Source of the DNA: a virus
Taxonomy: Duplodnaviria; Caudoviricetes
Virus record (IMG/VR): IMGVR_UViG_3300044723_000231
Span: 1-33,060 of that record
DNA length: 33,060 bases
Strand: one strand, 5' to 3'
Shown: positions 15,508 through 25,863 of the stretch, piece by piece
Layout of the letters: each line of letters starts with the position of its first letter
How positions within the stretch are numbered: position 1 is the stretch's first letter
The notes under the pieces: generated by a model
What the model was told of the DNA's origin: nothing
Databases searched by the model: none
What the model saw: the letters and a program-made list of their open reading frames with translations, nothing else
Translations under genes and position numbers: made by a program

Positions 15508-18500
15508 CTACTTGGTAGTTTCCGGCCTCATCTCTACCAGCTTGTTCAATGCGTTCTTTATGCCTATAGCGTTCTGCCAAGGTAATAAAGTATTGAACGC
15601 CCGCTGCTGTCCCTGAGAAAACTGCAAATCTGGGTTTAGTGCAGACCTCGATACAGCCTGTGCTGATGCCAATCCTTTGCTAATCAACTGAACTGTTGGG
15701 ATGCCCGTAATAAGGTTTGTATCCAACCCACTTGAACGGTAAGCAAACACTGGGTCATCAGTGTAAAACATAGCACCAGTATCCACTAAAGCTGGAAATA
15801 GTGATGCCCAAGAACTTCTTTGAAATGATGCCTTTGCTATTGCTACTGGGTCTAGCATTTCATCAAGATATTTCTTTTTATCGTCCCTGAATTGCGCGTT
15901 GACCTGAGTTTGCGCAATATATGGTATGCTTGCAAAAGCTGTCGAAAAAAGAAATGTTTGCAAAGTGCGAACATCAAAAGCCTTTACATTGTGTAAGAAC
16001 TGCTTTGACCAAGACACAAGCATAAATGTACGGAACTGTGAAACAATCTGACCCATTGTCGATGTCATGTATATGTTTAAGTTGCCAACATCGTTCTGCT
16101 GAATCGCCCGTTTAGTCCATCTAGCTAACGCAAGCATAAAAGCATCTCTTGCTTCAACATCATCCCAAGCATCCGTGTTAATATCGCGTAACTTCTTGTT
16201 TCTAAAAAGTGCAGACTTCTTTGTAAGTGCGTGACTCCTGATTTGGCTAAATACTCTACCAGACATTTCCTTACTCAAACCAAGCCCAGCCAATCTTTTC
16301 TGGCTTAACTTTCTTGACTGAAAGGCAACATCAGTCAAGACCTGTGCAGCAGTTCTTATAGAAAGTCTTTCTAATGCTAGTGTGATAGGTGCCATACCAG
16401 ATATATCCGCTGTAATCCTTTTGGCTGGTGCAAGCATAAACAATGCTTTGTCAATCCAGTCACCACGGCCCTCACTGAAAACGTCTATAGTATCAGCACG
16501 GTTCATCGCCTGATTTACTCTACGGTCTGTGCCAACACCTGTTGCCGCCTCAATAGCCCGTAATGTCGGGTCATCCAACTCACCGTTCTTTGCACGTTTT
16601 AACATGCGCCGCATCTCTGGGATTTGTTGAAGAATACCTCTAAACCCGCCAATAGATATAGCATTACCTATCTCACCAAGCTGGGTAAACCCAACCTGGT
16701 TCATAAGTCTTAGAAAGTTATAATCCTGAAGCAGCCTAGCAGCCCTTGCGTATGTGCTGGTAGGGTCTGCCGCTAATGGCATACGCCTATTTAGAATTGC
16801 GTTGAATAAAGTCTGTGCTACCAGGTTTTCTTTCTCAGCACGTTGCACAGCCTTTAGTCCACCAATCTCTTGCGCCTCTTTTATGTTGTCGCGCAACATT
16901 CTGTTGAATGTAGTTTCATCTTTAATGCCGACTCTTGCCAACGCAATGCGACCAGACATTCCACCAGCATAAGAAGTAAAGACCTGTTCAGCATCACGTT
17001 CTTGCAAGTCTTTTAGACGGAATGTTTCTGTTTGACCAGTCTCTCTATTTACAGCAGATACCGTGGTCTTCATATCAAACTTTAATCTGCGTCTTGCACG
17101 GGCTGGGGTGCCGTCAGGCTTTACATCAAACAGCTTCATCAGTCTATCTGCTTCATCCACAGACATAAAGTTTTCTTCTACAAGAATATCTTTGATTACA
17201 TCTTTTTGGCTGGAATTAAACATACGCGCTGCGCCAGAATCTAAACCCATACCGCTATCGGTTATTTTTTTGTGCATAGCTGCAGCAATCATTCTTGCCG
17301 CTTCTTCGTTCATATCTTCTGTGCCATTGACAAGCGCACGGGTCAGCAAATCTTTTACAACATCTTCACTGTACCTCGCGTTAGCATTTACAAACCTAAA
17401 GCCATCCCATAAATGAGTGAAGTAAGTTAGGTCTTCTGGTATTTCCTCAAAACCTTTGACCCCAGCCGCCTGTGCCTTCCTTAACAAATCTCTCTTTATC
17501 TTTGCGTCATTGTCGGCAGCACGGCGAACAGCGGGGTGAAACGGCAACTCTGGACTTTCAACAGCATCAGCAACAAGTTCGTTAAACTGTCGGCGGGGCA
17601 AGTTCATCTTTCTTTTGAAGTAACCTGTTACGCCAGTAAAGCCCTCTGCTTTTGCCCAGTCGTTGTATGCGTCATTTTGAACGCCGTAGTATTCGTTTAA
17701 TGCAACTTTGAACTCTATGGTTTTGCGTAAATCAGCACTTTCTTCCAACGGCCTATTCGCATCTCTGCGAAATCCAACTGGGTCTTCAGGCAATATGCGT
17801 CCAAGCAAGTTTCCTGTTGGTTGCTTTGATTGCAGCAAATATCCAGCCATATCAAATGATATTGGAACCTCGCCAAATGGTGTTTTGATAGTTCTTGCCG
17901 CAGCCTCTGCTGGGTCTGATTTTGCATCAAGAAACTCATCTAGGTCTGTAGTTCTACCAGGCACCTGTTCCTGAACATCAAACGGGTTCTCTTGCGCGTC
18001 TGCTGGATAATCAAACTTATCCTCAGAACCTTCTCCCATAATCTTTCTATTAACAGCAGTAACAGCTTCGTGCTTTTGCGCACGGTCTGCCGCTTGCGCC
18101 ATCTTCATCAACGCTGGATTGATGGGGTCTGTCTTATCCACTTTGCCTAATGAAGCAATACCGCCACCAAGAACTAGGCCAGCACTTGCTGAATACAAAA
18201 TATCATACGGGTCTTTAACCGCGTTCTGGCTAACAATATATGACTCTATTGCAGCATTTGTGGTTGCAGCAGCTACACCACCCCTAAAAGCACGTTGCAG
18301 TCTTGTTAGTTTATTGCCCCATATCAAAGGCGCAGCAACGCCTTCTGTGGCTATACTGATACCGATAGCCCCTGGGTCAGCCAATGCAACACCAAACCTA
18401 ACACCCACTCCTTTCCAGCCGAGTTGTGCTAGTTTCTTGTCGTTTTCATAAGTCTGTAATGCCTGTTCCCTCAACGATTGCAAGTGTGCTGGGCTAACAG

Positions 18501-18759
18501 ATTCTTCTACAAACCCGTGATATTCCTCTGGCAATCCAGCCACAGCTTTGTCATAGTCTTCCTTTTCTAGGTAGAAGTCTGGGTCAGGCGCAAATTCCTC
18601 ACGACCGCGCAATGCCCAAGACATAACCCAGTCTTCTTCAACAGATGCTTTTATTGCTTCGCCAAGCGTAGGCTTTTCTTCTTCTGCCTTGAACTCTGCC
18701 GCACGTTGTACAAACGATGGGACTGGTCTGGCAGGGGTGAGGAAATCTTCTTCTTCCAT
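15508..18759 (-). CDS. Large internal virion (ejection) protein, 1083 aa
   Basis: Size, position (T7 gp16 slot), helical composition, hydrophobic patches. Confidence 0.7.
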   Translation of the reverse strand: MEEEDFLTPARPVPSFVQRAAEFKAEEEKPTLGEAIKASVEEDWVMSWALRGREEFAPDPDFYLEKEDYDKAVAGLPEEYHGFVEESVSPAHLQSLREQALQTYENDKKLAQLGWKGVGVRFGVALADPGAIGISIATEGVAAPLIWGNKLTRLQRAFRGGVAAATTNAAIESYIVSQNAVKDPYDILYSASAGLVLGGGIASLGKVDKTDPINPALMKMAQAADRAQKHEAVTAVNRKIMGEGSEDKFDYPADAQENPFDVQEQVPGRTTDLDEFLDAKSDPAEAAARTIKTPFGEVPISFDMAGYLLQSKQPTGNLLGRILPEDPVGFRRDANRPLEESADLRKTIEFKVALNEYYGVQNDAYNDWAKAEGFTGVTGYFKRKMNLPRRQFNELVADAVESPELPFHPAVRRAADNDAKIKRDLLRKAQAAGVKGFEEIPEDLTYFTHLWDGFRFVNANARYSEDVVKDLLTRALVNGTEDMNEEAARMIAAAMHKKITDSGMGLDSGAARMFNSSQKDVIKDILVEENFMSVDEADRLMKLFDVKPDGTPARARRRLKFDMKTTVSAVNRETGQTETFRLKDLQERDAEQVFTSYAGGMSGRIALARVGIKDETTFNRMLRDNIKEAQEIGGLKAVQRAEKENLVAQTLFNAILNRRMPLAADPTSTYARAARLLQDYNFLRLMNQVGFTQLGEIGNAISIGGFRGILQQIPEMRRMLKRAKNGELDDPTLRAIEAATGVGTDRRVNQAMNRADTIDVFSEGRGDWIDKALFMLAPAKRITADISGMAPITLALERLSIRTAAQVLTDVAFQSRKLSQKRLAGLGLSKEMSGRVFSQIRSHALTKKSALFRNKKLRDINTDAWDDVEARDAFMLALARWTKRAIQQNDVGNLNIYMTSTMGQIVSQFRTFMLVSWSKQFLHNVKAFDVRTLQTFLFSTAFASIPYIAQTQVNAQFRDDKKKYLDEMLDPVAIAKASFQRSSWASLFPALVDTGAMFYTDDPVFAYRSSGLDTNLITGIPTVQLISKGLASAQAVSRSALNPDLQFSQGQQRAFNTLLPWQNAIGIKNALNKLVEMRPETTK

Positions 18760-21362
18760 TATTGTTCGCCTACGCCAACATCGCCAGTAATACTAAACCC
18801 TGATGGCTGCATCATTCTTGACATGCTGCTTTGTGTTACGGCTTCTGGAGTTTCTTCAAACTGATTAGCCGATGTCTTCATAGCTTCTTTGATGTCACTA
18901 ATATCAATGCGGAAACTACGATGTGGCTTTAGTTTACGCAGACGTAACAGCTTCTTCTCGTACGGGGTAAGTCCTTCAAATTCGCCCTGACCCAGCCTGT
19001 AATCTGTTTCCACTTTATTAACAAAGTTAATCTCAGTGCGCTTTGCTTCTCTTATTAAGCCTTCATCAGCCTTCTGGTTAACCATAAATACATTTAGGTC
19101 ATCCATACTAAATTCTACAATTTGCCCGTCCATAAGTTGCACTGGATACCCGCCATCATAAACCAGTGTCCATCTATCATTAGTGCCTTGTATATTAGCT
19201 ATAGACAAATCGTCAGACTCATATAAATCAGACAACTCAGGATGCCGCAACATTGCGCCTTGGACTGCGCTTGTAGCCAACTCCTCAATGTTTTCCGGCA
19301 AATCTGTAGTGATTGGAACCATAAGATTCCTAACTCGTTTGTGGGTTGAACCATAATCTTTTGCAGCAAGTTCAACAGCTTTATCTGCCTCTACGCCAAG
19401 GCGAATGTACTCTTTAGTCAACCTACTTACATATGAAGTGATTGCGCTTTTATCAGCTACAGAAAACTCCTCATCTCTGCCAAGGCCAGGTATATACTCA
19501 TACCAAGAATATGTTGCTGATGCTTCGTCTGATATTGACTCAACGCTTTCTTTTACGAGTTTATAAGAAGCCTCAACATCAATGTCTTCTCGCTGCCGCT
19601 GCATAATTTTCACTGCACCAGCTAAATCGTAGTGACTTTCTAGGAGTAATGCAGCCTCAAGATTTTTCTTTGCGTCACCAGTAACGTGATTGTTCACAAC
19701 TGATGGGCCAAACAGCTTCATCTCTCTGTACAATTCTACAGCCGCAAACACCTCAGTAGCATCAGCACCTTCTGGGTCAAAGTTAGGATTGTTAAGCTGT
19801 TTTCCGTTAGCCTCTAAAATATTAGAATATCTTTCATACTTAACATTGTTGTTTGCCAATATGCTGATTTGCTTTGGTATATTGTCAGCATGTTTAGCCA
19901 TTAAACCATCAACAGCTTTTTTGGTCTGTTCTGGATTTGCTTGGTCTTTAATATATTCATAATCACCATTAGCTATAACATTCACAAGCGTTGCAAACTC
20001 TGCATCACCTTGCGCCATCTTGTTTAACTTGCCCTTGGCTGTAGCAATGCGCGATAGAGTCTTTCTGGCGTTGTCACCTTCAGCACCAACCCTTGTAGCC
20101 AGCGGTGTTCTGCCGCCAAGCTGTTCATTTAATATAGACTCAGCAGTATCCAAACGTAACATTAACTCACTGAAGTCATCACCAGATGCCTCGCCAGATG
20201 TAAGCATGTCAGACACACCAGACTCTAGTTGGTCTGCATAAACGACAGAAAGGTCATCAAGGTCTTCTGCGTCCTTACCGTGTGTAGCCATTTTTTCTGG
20301 GGAATACATCTCTGCAACACTAGATACATTCCCACTAACGCCAGCCTGGATGTCAAACCCTGTGTTTAATTCATAAACAAGGTTATCAGAAACAATATCT
20401 TCAATATCATTTGCACGTTTCGATAATTTCGTTGCTAACGCTTCTATGTTCTTATTTGTCAGCCCCGCAGTCTGAGGGTCAACAGTCACCTGTTTACCGT
20501 TGACAGTAAATGTTGCCGCCTTTCCAGCTAACAAGTTCTCTGAAGCATTTTCAAAATCTTGTCTTGTACCATCAGCTTGGTTTATTTGACCTACAATCTG
20601 GTCTTCAACAATAGTGCGCACTCTGCTTAAAGCACCCCGCGCCTCAGATAAACGCTTGGCTTTTGCTTCTCTGCTTAAATTACTGTTGTTAATATTTTCA
20701 ATAGTGGCGAGTAGACCAGATGGATTTGATGCCTGTTCGTCTCCAAGTATCTTCAAACCAAAACCACGGTTTTCTATTTCCAAAGACACATCGTTCATGT
20801 CCATATTGACATCCAAACCTTGCGCCTGGGCGTCAATCATAATTGACTCAATGTCATTCATTGTGGCTTTAATGCTTGCAGGGTTAGCCGCGCCTTCATT
20901 AATTAAATAATTGAGTGCTTCGTTTGTGTCTTTTGACCTTTGTTTTTGTTGCCTATTAAAAACATTACCCCTGCCAGCGGATATTTTGCGGTCAATAACA
21001 CCACCAAGTTTGGATTTAATCGCCTCTTTCTGGTTATTTGTAAGTTCTTTTCTTGCATCAACAGATGCTAAGACTTCTTTCCTGAACGCACCAGCCTCTA
21101 TCTCAAATCCATTAACTGTATTGCTTTTAGAATTGTTAACTAGGCTATCTGCTTGCGCACCATATGTTGCCATTGACTCTCTGTAAACTCTGTCAGCTTC
21201 AGCTTGCTTTTCAGCCATACCAAATTGATAAGCTATATCCCCTACCTGCTTTCCAAAGCTAGATAGTGCTTGACCAGGTGCCTCTAAACCAGCACCAGCA
21301 CGAGGCCCAAGTGGGCCAGCAGCCATTTCCACTTGTTGTCTATAAACAGGAATCTTAGGCAT
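18759..21362 (-). CDS. Internal virion (ejection) protein, 867 aa
   Basis: MPKIPVY N-terminus; helical; gp15 slot. Confidence 0.7.
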   Translation of the reverse strand: MPKIPVYRQQVEMAAGPLGPRAGAGLEAPGQALSSFGKQVGDIAYQFGMAEKQAEADRVYRESMATYGAQADSLVNNSKSNTVNGFEIEAGAFRKEVLASVDARKELTNNQKEAIKSKLGGVIDRKISAGRGNVFNRQQKQRSKDTNEALNYLINEGAANPASIKATMNDIESIMIDAQAQGLDVNMDMNDVSLEIENRGFGLKILGDEQASNPSGLLATIENINNSNLSREAKAKRLSEARGALSRVRTIVEDQIVGQINQADGTRQDFENASENLLAGKAATFTVNGKQVTVDPQTAGLTNKNIEALATKLSKRANDIEDIVSDNLVYELNTGFDIQAGVSGNVSSVAEMYSPEKMATHGKDAEDLDDLSVVYADQLESGVSDMLTSGEASGDDFSELMLRLDTAESILNEQLGGRTPLATRVGAEGDNARKTLSRIATAKGKLNKMAQGDAEFATLVNVIANGDYEYIKDQANPEQTKKAVDGLMAKHADNIPKQISILANNNVKYERYSNILEANGKQLNNPNFDPEGADATEVFAAVELYREMKLFGPSVVNNHVTGDAKKNLEAALLLESHYDLAGAVKIMQRQREDIDVEASYKLVKESVESISDEASATYSWYEYIPGLGRDEEFSVADKSAITSYVSRLTKEYIRLGVEADKAVELAAKDYGSTHKRVRNLMVPITTDLPENIEELATSAVQGAMLRHPELSDLYESDDLSIANIQGTNDRWTLVYDGGYPVQLMDGQIVEFSMDDLNVFMVNQKADEGLIREAKRTEINFVNKVETDYRLGQGEFEGLTPYEKKLLRLRKLKPHRSFRIDISDIKEAMKTSANQFEETPEAVTQSSMSRMMQPSGFSITGDVGVGEQ

Positions 21363-21369
21363 TACTTCC

Positions 21370-21825
21370 TCATTTAGCTATAGTTGCGGCTTGTGTACCG
21401 CCCTGCAATAAGGACTGGTATGACGCTAGTTTATATGCAGATGCTTTTGCTGCGCCTGTAGCCCTTGCAAGTGCAGCTTCTGATGCTTTTGCGGTTTGTT
21501 CTATATCTGCCGCGTATTGAATATTTAACGCGTCCATCTCAGTAGCAAAGTATGAATCAGCCATTGCTTGCAACGCACTGCCTGACATTTGTATTCCAGA
21601 TGCTGCTGTTGCTACACGTTGTGATGCCATAGTGCGTTCAGAAGATTGACGCATGGCTGCTTCTTCAGAAACTTTTTTGCGTTGCAAAAGGATAGCTTCA
21701 TTCTCTGCAACCCTTGCATTGTACTCAGCAGTAGCCCGTGCTTGCTTAGCTGCGGCCTGATTACCCTTGTAACCTAAAAAACCGCCAAGTAATGAACCAC
21801 CTTGTGCTACTTGTCCCGCGTCCAT
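21370..21825 (-). CDS. Small Ala/Gln-rich internal virion protein (gp14 slot)
   Basis: AAxQARATAEYNA...AASGIQMSGS pattern. Confidence 0.7.
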   Translation of the reverse strand: MDAGQVAQGGSLLGGFLGYKGNQAAAKQARATAEYNARVAENEAILLQRKKVSEEAAMRQSSERTMASQRVATAASGIQMSGSALQAMADSYFATEMDALNIQYAADIEQTAKASEAALARATGAAKASAYKLASYQSLLQGGTQAATIAK

Positions 21826-22247
21826 TATATCACCTTCGCCATGCGGTAGTAATCGCTACCGTCTGGCCCAAACTTATACATAACGCCTTCATCTTCAAAT
21901 CCCATCCATCTGGCAAATCTAATAGCCTCTGGGTCTTTCATGTGAATACTAGCTTGCACACGATGCAAATCTGTTGTCGCCAGTATACTACTAAACAGTG
22001 TCTTAGCATACCTAGCTAGTGACAGCTTCCACTTAGGCGCGTGTTTAGACAAGATTACCCAACCTTCGCCCACACCAGGCCACATCTCATGTATGCCGCC
22101 TACAGCCACAACGTCATCTTCACCCAGCACAGCGTAGCCAACAACTTGCTGCCCGTTGTCAAATGCAGCCCTCATGCTTTCTGGAAACTCAAAGTCAGTC
22201 TCAATGCTATTAATAAGCCCTGAATCAAATGGAACAATTCTAAGCAT
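21825..22247 (-). CDS. GNAT-like acetyltransferase-fold protein (T7 gp13 slot)
   Basis: AVGG...WPGVGEGW and AIRFARWMGFEDEG motifs. Confidence 0.7.
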   Translation of the reverse strand: MLRIVPFDSGLINSIETDFEFPESMRAAFDNGQQVVGYAVLGEDDVVAVGGIHEMWPGVGEGWVILSKHAPKWKLSLARYAKTLFSSILATTDLHRVQASIHMKDPEAIRFARWMGFEDEGVMYKFGPDGSDYYRMAKVI

Positions 22248-24858
22248 CGAAAGTATTTGACCTCCGCATAATAGCCAGCACAGTCATAGGCAATGGTTGC
22301 GACTGCCTTACTATAACCCGTGCATCATTCTCATAGCCAGATGGGAAGTATATTTCTTTGTCGCCTGTGAATAATGGCACGGCTTGGTTCATTGCCATGC
22401 TACTGTCACGGAACGGCAGTCTGTCTAGGTTGTTTGTATCCGGCCCTAGTTCTGCACCAACAGTCTTGAATAACCGTGCAGTCACGCCATGAATACGTTT
22501 AATCTTGCCTTGTGCAATCCCATCGTCTGCACCAGCCTCCATCCGCAATGTTTCCACTGTAGATGTGTAGCCATAACCGATATGCACTTTAGATGCTTCA
22601 CGGTCTAAGGTAACTTTACCGTCAGTCACCGCTTTGTCTGCGTGGGTTGCGCCATCTGCCAGGATAGATACAGTCTCGCCTTCTAGATGGTTTAGGCTAC
22701 TGATAGTAGTGGTCGCGCTGCCATCGTATGTCAGGCCGCTGTCTAAATAGAACGCATCCCCGACATCATCGCCAAATTCAATAGGCTTTAGATATTCAAT
22801 ATGGCGCACAGTAGCCCCATCAATGGTACGCTTTACCGCCACATACACCTGGTCTTCTGCGCCTGATGGAATAGCTGTAATGCTTTCAACTACCCCGCTA
22901 CCGCCAATGTCGTGGTCATGCCAGCCAATAGCTGCGTTTGCGCGGTCATAGGTAAGTCCTACTAGCCGCCCGTCACTATGCACAAACCAAACAATTAGTT
23001 CTGGTTCCTGCTGCCACACCATGTCTGTCAGACCGCCACGCGGAATATGGTCAGCCAAGATAGTCAAGTCTATACCCAGTAGCCCGTCAGTATCCAAGTC
23101 AAAGGTAATCTCTTTTACCTTCTCCTGGCCTTTCTGGATAAGGATGGTGCTGTTGCCAGCCCGTAGCGGCCTCACCTCTGAACAACCAAAGGTAGTTTCG
23201 CGCAACACATTGACGTTTGTTGGCGTAACTGGTGTTGCACCTGTGCCGCCGGAAAGTGTGAACTCTGCGCTAGTTGTCAGGATTTGCAAAAAACGTGCTG
23301 GCAATAAATGCCGAATAACATTCACCTTATCTGATGCAATCGTCAGGTTTACCGCGTCATCATCATTTGTGCCAGGTGTATGGTTCTCAAAGTCTGCACT
23401 AACTGAACCGAATACAGTCTGTGGTTGGCCTGTAGTTCCAGCAAAATACAGACGCTGTTCATAGAAACCAACAGCCTTTGGATAGCCTTGGTCGCCGCCA
23501 AATGCACCTAGTGACCATTTCTTTGTGGCATTGGCTGAACCGACAACGTGGTCAGGTAATGTTGCTATACCTATTGCATCTGCTTTTACTGTAGCTGTAA
23601 CTACGGTTGCGCTTGTATAACCTGTAATTTCAACATATCCAGTGTCATCATGCTGATATGCCCAGTCTATAGCACCATATGTTTCGGTGCCTTCTAAATG
23701 TACTGGCGGTGTATTACCTGAAGTCTGCGTACTGCCTGTTACTTGCTTATATACATGCCCGTTGTAACGCACAGTTACATTATTTGCGTAGCTTGTGCTT
23801 GCCGCCCACTCATCGTGTTCAATCTCAAGCACCTCACGGAACCTGATATACCGCCCAATGTCAGCGGCAGTAAATAATGATGCAGATGCGGTAATGGTTA
23901 CGCTACCAGTCTGTGCCGATGCGTATAAGGTTGTGGCTGTATCGTTCTCATCCAGATATGGCCCATCAACAAAGTCAATGTCAGCCAGCGTAAAGCTAGT
24001 AGCCGTTGTTCTGGTTAGCTTGGCTGGCGCATGGTCTTTGTGTGCCAAGTACAACACATCAGCAGACTGTGCGTGGTTAATCTCAAAGACATCTGTAACT
24101 GAATATGTAGTCGTGACTTCAACAATCTCAGCAGATGCGCCAGCACCAACGCTAACATCTGCGCCTGTTGTTGTGGCTATCTCGCCTGACGTGCCGCCAA
24201 TAATAGTCTCTCCGCTTTGAAATATCTCTGATACGCTGGTCAGGTTCATTGTGCTGCCATCATCAGACACATACACAGCCGTAGCACCTGATGTGCCACC
24301 CGTAATGGTTTCGCCTACGGTAAATGCACCACTTGCGCCAGTTATCCCAAGAGTTGAGTTGTAAGCATCGTAGCCCGTGCTATTTACGCCAGATAACTCA
24401 AATGTGTTTGATGTTGCATTTGCCACAGTAAATTCACGGTTATTCACTTGGGTCATGTCTGTGACACCAGTCACGAATATTCTGTCACCGTTTGTGTAAC
24501 TATGTGAAGCAATAGTCATCACAGCAGGGTTGGCTTGTGTAATCCCTGTGACATTTTGTGAATTACTTGTAAGTAACCCACCATCTTTGTAGAAGCGGAT
24601 ATAGTTTGCGCCTAACTCAAGCACATATGCTTGTTCATCGCTGTACTCAAAGTCGATAAGCCTAACCTTGCCACCGTCCTTAGAACGTCCAGCAAAATAT
24701 GTGCCTGGTCTGCGTGTCACACCGCCAGATGGAAACACAACCATATTGTTTACGGTCTGCGCGGCCTCGTTGTATTTCTGTAAATCAATACGGCCTTCTA
24801 GCTTTGGAGATATTTCACCAGTACGGAAGTTGGTGATAATGCTGGATACACGGGCCAT
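22240..24858 (-). CDS. Tail tubular protein B/nozzle with inserted accessory domains
   Basis: NFRTGEISP...GGVTRRPGT, YPKAVGFYEQRLYF, HLEGETV motifs. Confidence 0.9.
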   Translation of the reverse strand: MARVSSIITNFRTGEISPKLEGRIDLQKYNEAAQTVNNMVVFPSGGVTRRPGTYFAGRSKDGGKVRLIDFEYSDEQAYVLELGANYIRFYKDGGLLTSNSQNVTGITQANPAVMTIASHSYTNGDRIFVTGVTDMTQVNNREFTVANATSNTFELSGVNSTGYDAYNSTLGITGASGAFTVGETITGGTSGATAVYVSDDGSTMNLTSVSEIFQSGETIIGGTSGEIATTTGADVSVGAGASAEIVEVTTTYSVTDVFEINHAQSADVLYLAHKDHAPAKLTRTTATSFTLADIDFVDGPYLDENDTATTLYASAQTGSVTITASASLFTAADIGRYIRFREVLEIEHDEWAASTSYANNVTVRYNGHVYKQVTGSTQTSGNTPPVHLEGTETYGAIDWAYQHDDTGYVEITGYTSATVVTATVKADAIGIATLPDHVVGSANATKKWSLGAFGGDQGYPKAVGFYEQRLYFAGTTGQPQTVFGSVSADFENHTPGTNDDDAVNLTIASDKVNVIRHLLPARFLQILTTSAEFTLSGGTGATPVTPTNVNVLRETTFGCSEVRPLRAGNSTILIQKGQEKVKEITFDLDTDGLLGIDLTILADHIPRGGLTDMVWQQEPELIVWFVHSDGRLVGLTYDRANAAIGWHDHDIGGSGVVESITAIPSGAEDQVYVAVKRTIDGATVRHIEYLKPIEFGDDVGDAFYLDSGLTYDGSATTTISSLNHLEGETVSILADGATHADKAVTDGKVTLDREASKVHIGYGYTSTVETLRMEAGADDGIAQGKIKRIHGVTARLFKTVGAELGPDTNNLDRLPFRDSSMAMNQAVPLFTGDKEIYFPSGYENDARVIVRQSQPLPMTVLAIMRRSNTFDA

Positions 24859-24860
24859 GT

Positions 24861-25457
24861 TTAGAACCTGATGTTAGTATATGTGTCTGCTAATGGCTGT
24901 TCTGGATAGCCTTCCATAGCGTCAATAGACTTAGCCTCTCTCAGTCTTTGTTCGTACAATGCTTGCATAGTTTGCGCGACTGTCCCACTGCCAGTAATCG
25001 CATACGCAGTTTCAGCCGCCAGACGGTGCGCTATTGTTGATGACAGCAGTGAGTCAAACTGTTCTGTATCTTCTATACGCCCAATGTAGATGATGTTACA
25101 TGTGCCTTCGTTAGACAGTATCTTCCGGCCCTCAATCTTGTACATGACATTACTGTCATAGGCCGCGATGTCGTTGTCTACGTTAGAGTCCCAGAACGAC
25201 AGAACCCGTAGGCAGAATGGGTTTGTTGGCAGTGTGTACTGGTAGGTAAAGCCGAAAGCTGGGGCTGTAGCGTCTTGTGCCAGGTTTGCACGGGTAACTG
25301 CTACGTTCCAAGGATGTGCGCGGAGAACTGCGTCACGGACTAATTCATAATTACGATTGCAAAGTCTAGCTTCTTTAGAGTTCTGGGTCAGTGCTGTAAT
25401 GGTGGCGGCACCTAGTAAGTCTAGCGACTCATTACATATATCAACAACTGAGGGCAT
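24861..25457 (-). CDS. Tail tubular protein A/adaptor
   Basis: SVVDICNESLDLLG...HPWN...YQYTLP. Confidence 0.85.
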   Translation of the reverse strand: MPSVVDICNESLDLLGAATITALTQNSKEARLCNRNYELVRDAVLRAHPWNVAVTRANLAQDATAPAFGFTYQYTLPTNPFCLRVLSFWDSNVDNDIAAYDSNVMYKIEGRKILSNEGTCNIIYIGRIEDTEQFDSLLSSTIAHRLAAETAYAITGSGTVAQTMQALYEQRLREAKSIDAMEGYPEQPLADTYTNIRF

Positions 25458-25809
25458 GATTCACTAACCTTTCAACTCTAATCAGTACGCCGAGACTCAA
25501 GTTCTTCTCTCCGCCCTTGAACGGGCCACGCTTCCTATATGCTTCCCTTGCTATCGTTTTTAACTTCTCTGTAGGTAATAATACCACAGTTTCATCATCT
25601 AGTACGAACGCCCAATGTGTTGCCATTGTTGTGGCTATGCCACTTGGTTTGTTCCTACAAGAAAACTCCACAAACACATTTCCAGTTCGTGAAGCTACAA
25701 AATCCCTTTTCACCTCTATGGTGTTGCCACTTAATATGTCGCCTAGCCATCTCTCAGCTATTTGACCTACTTCTAAATCCCAGCGAAAATCGCCGCATGG
25801 TTTCATCAT
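25441..25809 (-). CDS. PD-(D/E)XK-like nuclease (start revised to 25809 or 25806)
   Basis: DLEVGQIAE...IEVKRD...TGNVFVE...SGI motif; GGAGGG SD at 25814-25819. Confidence 0.7.
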   Translation of the reverse strand: MMKPCGDFRWDLEVGQIAERWLGDILSGNTIEVKRDFVASRTGNVFVEFSCRNKPSGIATTMATHWAFVLDDETVVLLPTEKLKTIAREAYRKRGPFKGGEKNLSLGVLIRVERLVNHALSC

Positions 25810-25833
25810 ATCGCCCTCCAGCATGATGAGTTG

Positions 25834-25859
25834 TATGGGGGCGGTTTCCCGCCCCCACA
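25834..25859 (-). terminator. GC-rich GNRA hairpin after the capsid/decoration genes (terminator-like, no U-tract)
   Basis: TGTGGGGGCGG-GAAA-CCGCCCCCATA on the - strand, 4 nt after the stop codon. Confidence 0.55.
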
Positions 25860-25863
25860 TTAC

